From: an uncultured Actinomycetota bacterium
GTDB taxonomy: Bacteria; Actinomycetota; Acidimicrobiia; Acidimicrobiales; Palsa-688
Length of the DNA stretch: 64,000 nucleotides
Reading direction: 5' to 3'
NCBI GenBank assembly: GCA_963733505.1
Contig: CAVTDW010000017.1
Location: 28,564-92,563 of the forward strand
The position numbers and the translations under genes are program-made. Below, one piece after another: positions 59,090 to 64,000 of this stretch; positions within the stretch are counted from its first letter, which is position 1, and the number at the start of each line of letters is the position of its first letter. The notes beneath the pieces were generated by a model. That model ran no database searches and was not told where the DNA came from. It saw only the letters and a list, made by a program, of their open reading frames with translations.

Positions 59090-60538
59090 CTAGTGCGGGA
59101 GGGTGTTGGACTTGAACCAGGCGTCGATCTTGGCCTGCGCCTGCGCCTGCAACTGCGGCATCACCGCGGTAGCGCTGGTACCGCCCGCGATCTGGTCGAG
59201 GGCCGCGCTGAACAGCGTCTGGATGTCGGCGATGGCGGGGATCCAGGTGGCCGACTCGGTTGATGCAGTCGGGAGGCCGGCCAGCCAGACCGCCGGATCC
59301 ACGCCGGTGGCCTGTTTCGTCCCCTGAGCGAAGGCGTCGGCATTGGCGTTCAAGGCGGGCATGGCACCGAAACCGCCATAGGCCAGTTGACGTTCGTGGG
59401 CCGGGTCAACCGCGAGGAACTTCAGCAGTTCCCACGCCAGGTCGTGTTTGGTGCTGGCCGTCACGATCGACCCGACGCCCACGTCGAGGGGTCCAAAACG
59501 GCCGCCCGGCCCCGTCGGTAGTGCCGCCGCCTTCCACGCAAACGGGACTTTCGCACCGAAGGGAGTGTCGATCTCACAGCTGCACAGGTCGATCATGGCC
59601 AGTTTTCCCGCCCGCCACGCGGCCTGCTCCTCGTTGCCCTTGTCGTCGGGTCCGGTGAGCTTGGTGAGCTCGGCTGCGGTCGGCTGCACGTGGTATTTAC
59701 CGAACAAGTCACCGGCAAACTGTGCGCCCTGTATCGCCGCTGGAGTGTCGAATTGGGCCCTCCGTTTTGACCCGTTATAGAAGTGCCCACCGAAGCTGAA
59801 ATACACATACGCCCCGGGAATCCGCCCAAGTCCGAACCGAACGATTTGAGTGGGGTCGAATCCCGTTTGGCCGGCGTGCTTTCCCGCGTTGTCCACAGTC
59901 AGTGTCTGCGCGGCCTGAAGGAACGATGCCGGATAGGCCCACGAGCTGTCGCTCCACGATGCCGGAGGTGCAGGGAGGCCGGCCTTGGAAAAGAGGTCCG
60001 CGTTGTACGCCAGGGCGTGGCTGTGAACCGTCACCGGGACGCCCGGAACAGCCTTGGTCCCGCCGTAATAGCTCGACAGCCCGGCCGCCGACATCGCCTG
60101 GGGGGAGAAGGAGTTGGTGGAGACGCCGTCGCGGCGCAACAAGGGCCGCAAATCCAACCACATGTGCTGGTCGGCCAAGCGCGCCAGGTTGCTCGTCCCG
60201 ATGCCCAAGACGATGTCGGGAGCCGAGCCGCGCGACACCAGGGTGCGCAGCTGGGTCTCGGCGGCGGCTGCCGAGGTCGCCCGGAGGAAGTCGATCCCGA
60301 CCTGGGGATGGGCCGCGATGAACGCTTGGGCGAGTGTCTGCTGGACCTGACGCTGAGCGGCGGTGTTGCCACCGTCGAAGCCGACGAGGATCTGGACCCG
60401 GCCGCTCAGCCTCGTGGGCGCTGCGGCCTTCTTCTTCGAGTGGCACGCGACCAGCAGCCCGCCGGCGCCGGTCGCGGTGAAGCCCAACTTGAGGGCACCT
60501 TCGACGAACTGGCGTCGGGAGAGCCGGCCGCGCGTCAT
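59090..60538 (-). CDS. ABC transporter substrate-binding lipoprotein (carbohydrate family) with a Tat signal
   Basis: MTRGRLSRRQFVEGALKLGFTATGAGGLLVAC has a twin-arginine motif plus lipobox, followed by an SBP fold. Confidence 0.88.
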   Translation of the reverse strand: MTRGRLSRRQFVEGALKLGFTATGAGGLLVACHSKKKAAAPTRLSGRVQILVGFDGGNTAAQRQVQQTLAQAFIAAHPQVGIDFLRATSAAAAETQLRTLVSRGSAPDIVLGIGTSNLARLADQHMWLDLRPLLRRDGVSTNSFSPQAMSAAGLSSYYGGTKAVPGVPVTVHSHALAYNADLFSKAGLPAPPASWSDSSWAYPASFLQAAQTLTVDNAGKHAGQTGFDPTQIVRFGLGRIPGAYVYFSFGGHFYNGSKRRAQFDTPAAIQGAQFAGDLFGKYHVQPTAAELTKLTGPDDKGNEEQAAWRAGKLAMIDLCSCEIDTPFGAKVPFAWKAAALPTGPGGRFGPLDVGVGSIVTASTKHDLAWELLKFLAVDPAHERQLAYGGFGAMPALNANADAFAQGTKQATGVDPAVWLAGLPTASTESATWIPAIADIQTLFSAALDQIAGGTSATAVMPQLQAQAQAKIDAWFKSNTLPH

Positions 60539-60982
60539 CCGAATGGTTGCACGGTTCCGTAGTACTCTCCATGAGTTCTGTCTCCCACGCGCCGTCGTCC
60601 GCCGGGACCGCCGAAATCGTCGGGACCGCCGGGACCGCGAACGACGGTTGCATTGGCAATCCTGGGGCGCGACCGTGTCTGAAGGACATTGAATGACAGA
60701 ACCTACGCTTGGTCGCTTCGTCGGCTACTGTCAGGACATCAAAAGAGAGTGTATGACGAGTTCTCCCCGGCGGATCGGGCAAAACGTAGCAGCTCTTGAA
60801 CCTCTCGCAGTATTGATGACGCAGAGAGGGAAGGAAAGGGCATGAGGTCTTCTAGCTCGGAACGGATGGGTTCGAAAAATATGATTGCTGTAGATTTGGA
60901 TGGGTATTGCGTAATCGCCGTGGTTGCCGGGGGGCGCCATGACATTACGCGGTCAGGGGGATGAGGATGGTGATGGTGGGGG

Positions 60983-61027
60983 GCAACAAGGCCAACAAGG
61001 CCAACAAGGCCAACAAGGCCAACAACG
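60983..61027. repeat. Five 9-nt tandem repeats (gcaacaagg/ccaacaagg) upstream of the giant repeat-protein gene
   Basis: Read directly: gcaacaaggccaacaaggccaacaaggccaacaaggccaacaacg. Confidence 0.8.
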
Positions 61028-61081
61028 GCTACCAGCAGGGCCCGCGCCGGGGCGCACAGATTGCTTGGCGGCCAAGGGCGA

Positions 61082-64000
61082 AGGGTGATCCAGGGCCTTG
61101 TCGCGCTCGTCGTTACGGTGGTCCCGTTCATGGTCGACATCCCGTCGGCCTTCGCCGGCGTGGGCTTCGGCGTGACACCGACCTTCCCGGCCACCGTCAC
61201 CGTCGGCCAGACCGGCCTGCCCGCGTCCCTACAGATCGTCAACAACTCGACCGGGACCGAGGCCATGGGCAACGCCCAGCTGGACACCATCACGCTGGTC
61301 CCGTCGTGCGGGGCCTTCGCCTTCACCCCCACCGGCGACTGCCCGGCTGCCGATGCCGATCCTGGGGTCTTCCAGCTGAGTCCAACCGCAACCGGCGAGG
61401 TCGGTACGGCATGCGCGGGGAAGACATTCACCGTCGCGACGGTTGACCCTGCGACCGGCCAGGTGGCCGTTCGTCCCCCCTACCGGTTCCCCCGTGGTTC
61501 TGGGCCCCCCCGGTTCAGGCAACGACAAGTGCATCATCGACTTCACCTTTAGCGTTCTCAAGGAGCCCACCAAGAACGCCGGGGTCGCAGGGCCCAACAG
61601 CGTGCAGACCGCCGAGCTGGGGTTCGCCCACGGCTTCAACACCGTCGACCTCGTCCCCGGCGCCGGCCTGGGAGCCAACCTCACCACGGTGAACAAGGCC
61701 GCGCCGTCGATCACGACGACCGCCACGCCGACGGCCACCGTGGGCGGCCCGATCACCGACTCCGCCACCTTGGCGCCCGCGTCGCCGCCCGGACCGGCGC
61801 CCACCGGCACGATCACCTTCACCCTGTTCGGTCCCAACAATGCCTCCTGCACCGGCGCCGCCGCGTTCACGTCCACGGTCGCGGTGAGCAGCGGAACCGG
61901 CACCTATACCTCCGCCCCCTTCACGCCGACCGCGCCCGGCGCCTACCGCTGGGTCGCGGCCTACAGCGGCGACGCCAACAACGCCGCCGCCACCACCGCG
62001 TGCGGCGACGCGGGCGAGATCTCCAACGTCTCGCAGTCGACGCCGACCATCGTGACCACGGCCTCGGGGCCCGTCACCGTCGGCGGCCCGATCTCCGACA
62101 CCGCCACCCTGGCGGGCGGCTTCAACCCGACCGGCACCATCACCTTCACGGCGTTCGGCCCGGGCAACCCAACCTGCACCGGGGCCGCGGCGTTCACGTC
62201 CGCCCCGATCACCGTGAACGGAAACGGCAACTACAACTCCGGCCCGTTCACCCCGACGTTGCCCGGCTCGTACAACTGGGTGGCGGCCTACAGCGGCGAC
62301 GCCAACAACGCCGCGGTGACCACGGCCTGCGGCGCGGCCAACGAGACCAGCACGGTCAACAAGGCCAGCCCGACCATCGTCACCACCGCCTCGGCCCCGG
62401 TGACCGTGGGCGGCTCCATCTCGGACTCTGCCGTCCTGGCGGGCGGGGTGGCGCCGACGGGGACGATCACCTTCACCGTGTTCGGCCCCAACAACGCCAC
62501 CTGCACCGGGGCCGCGGCATTCACCTCCACGTCGCCGGTGGCGGGCAACGGGACCTACACCTCGTCCAGCTTCCCCACCACCGCCGCCGGCACCTACCGC
62601 TTCATCGCCGCCTACAGCGGTGACGCCAACAACAACGCCGTCACCACCTTGTGCAGCGACCCGGCCGAGAGTGTCGTCGTCGCCCCGGCCACTCCCACCA
62701 TCGTCACGACCGCTTCACCGACGGTTCCGGCGGGCGGATCCATCTCCGACACCGCCACCCTGTCCGGTGGCGTGGCACCGACGGGCACCATCACCTTCAC
62801 CCTCTTCGGCCCCAACAACGCCACCTGCACCGGCGCCGCCATCTTCACCTCGACCGTTCCCGTGAACGGCAACGGTGTGTACCCCTCGGGTCCGTTCACG
62901 GTCAGCACCGTCGGCACCTACAACTGGGTCGCGGCCTACAGCGGTGACGCCAACAACGCCGCCGTCGCGAGCCCGTGCGGGGCCGCCAACGAGAGCGTGA
63001 CGGTCACCAAGACCAATCCGGCGATCGTCACCCAGGCGTCGGCATCAGTCCCGGCGGGCGGCCAGATCACCGACACCGCCACCCTGTCCGGTGGCGCCGG
63101 GCCGACCGGGACCATCACCTTCACCTTGTTCGGTCCCAACAACGCCACCTGCACCGGCGCCGCCATCTTCACCTCGACGGTGCCCGTGGCGGGCAACGGC
63201 AACTACACCTCGACACCCCCGTTCACCGCCAACGCCGCGGGCACCTACAACTGGGTCGCGGCCTACAGCGGCGACGGCAACAACAACGCCGTCACCAGCC
63301 CCTGCGGGGCACCGAACGAAAGCGTGGTCGTCACCAAGGCCCCGCCGGCCATCGTGACTCAGGCCTCGCCGCCCGTCGCCGTGGGCAACCCGATCACTGA
63401 TACCGCCACCCTCTCGGGCGGCGTCAACCCGACCGGGACCATCACCTTCACCCTGTTCGGCCCCAACAACTCCACCTGCACCGGCGCCGCCATCTTCACC
63501 TCGACGGTGGCGGTCAACGCCGGCAACGGCAACTACACGTCCGCTCCGTTCACCCCGACCGCGGCCGGGACCTACCGCTTCGTCGCCGTCTACAGCGGTG
63601 ACGCCAACAACGCCAGTGTTACCAGCCCCTGCGGCGCCGCCAACGAGAGCGTGCTCGTCAGCCCCAGCACCCCGACCATCGTGACCAACGCATCGTCGAC
63701 GGTGCCGGTGGGCGGGACGATCTCCGACACCGCCACCCTGTCGGGTGGTGTCAACCCGACCGGGACGATCACCTTCAACGTCTTCGGCCCCAACAACGCC
63801 ACCTGCACCGGCGTCCCGGCCTTCACGTCGACCACGGCGGTCAACGGCAACGGCACCTATCCCTCGGGCAGCTTCGTCACCACCGCGGCCGGGACCTACC
63901 GCTTCATCGCCGCCTACAGCGGCGATGCCAACAACGCCGCCGTCACCACGTTGTGCAACGACCCCAATGAGAGCGTGGTCGTGGGCCTGGCCGCTCCGGC
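61082..64000 (+). CDS. Giant secreted/surface tandem-repeat protein (3'-truncated by the window edge) with at least eight roughly 100-aa repeats; a 1-nt frame break sits at a C6 run near 61495
   Basis: GTG 61082 follows aagggcgaagg and gives MIQGLVALVVTVVPFMVDIPSAFAG (signal peptide). From about 61510 an open frame (mod 0, with no stop to the window end) encodes repeats xPTIVTTASxPVTVGGxISDTATLAGGxNPTGTITFTLFGPNNATCTGAAAFTSTV...GNGTYTSxPFTP...GTYNWVAAYSGDANNAAVTxxCGAANES. The minus-strand track ORFs between 61229 and 63856 are antisense shadows. Confidence 0.78.

Noticed and set aside
61229-63856. Series of minus-strand ORFs (about 80-220 aa) with motif VNAAAPVQ..LLGPN.VKV.VPVG
   Set aside because: They are the reverse-complement reading of the plus-strand repeat modules (TGTITFTLFGPNNATCTGAA). 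The plus frame is uninterrupted for more than 2.4 kb and carries a signal peptide.

Overview
This is a high-GC (about 70%) actinobacterial chromosome segment that starts in the replication-origin region. The gene order is Mycobacterium/Corynebacteriales-like. It begins dnaA (3' end), an oriC-like dnaA-dnaN spacer with DnaA boxes, dnaN, recF, DUF721, gyrB, gyrA, DUF3566 and tRNA-Ile. At the other end of the conserved block are crgA, trpG, pknB, pbpA, rodA, pstP, fhaB, fhaA and tRNA-Leu. After that come an ECF sigma/anti-sigma pair, a PyrE-like phosphoribosyltransferase, a sugar ABC binding protein and the start of a very large tandem-repeat surface protein that runs off the window.

In mycobacteria tRNA-Ile and tRNA-Ala are adjacent. 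Here they are separated by about 19.7 kb of accessory genes. These include a LAL/LuxR regulator, a small-protein/DUF4386 pair, a truncated hemoglobin, a heme-oxygenase-like iron enzyme, an orphan beta-class DNA methyltransferase flanked by short tandem repeats and a tRNA-Met-like 3' fragment. They also include a PBP, a two-component system, a PAS-GAF-PP2C phosphatase and a Tat-secreted repeat protein. I read this block as a candidate genomic island.

Another 18 kb of accessory genes lies between tRNA-Ala and crgA: an ADH, an NfeD-flotillin pair, an Ig-like repeat protein, an MBOAT/SGNH pair, an MFS transporter, CPBP, VIT, MscS, a peroxiredoxin and a thiolase.

At least seven genes, including the essential gyrB and gyrA, show single-site frame breaks, mostly at homopolymer C/G runs. 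gyrA is the exception: it carries a 14-bp tandem duplication. This pattern suggests indel errors in the assembly, or less likely real lesions. Exact CDS boundaries are therefore approximate.

The window has many in-frame and intergenic tandem repeats (in dnaN, a histidine kinase, the MBOAT gene and two promoter regions). There are no CRISPR arrays, integrases or transposases.
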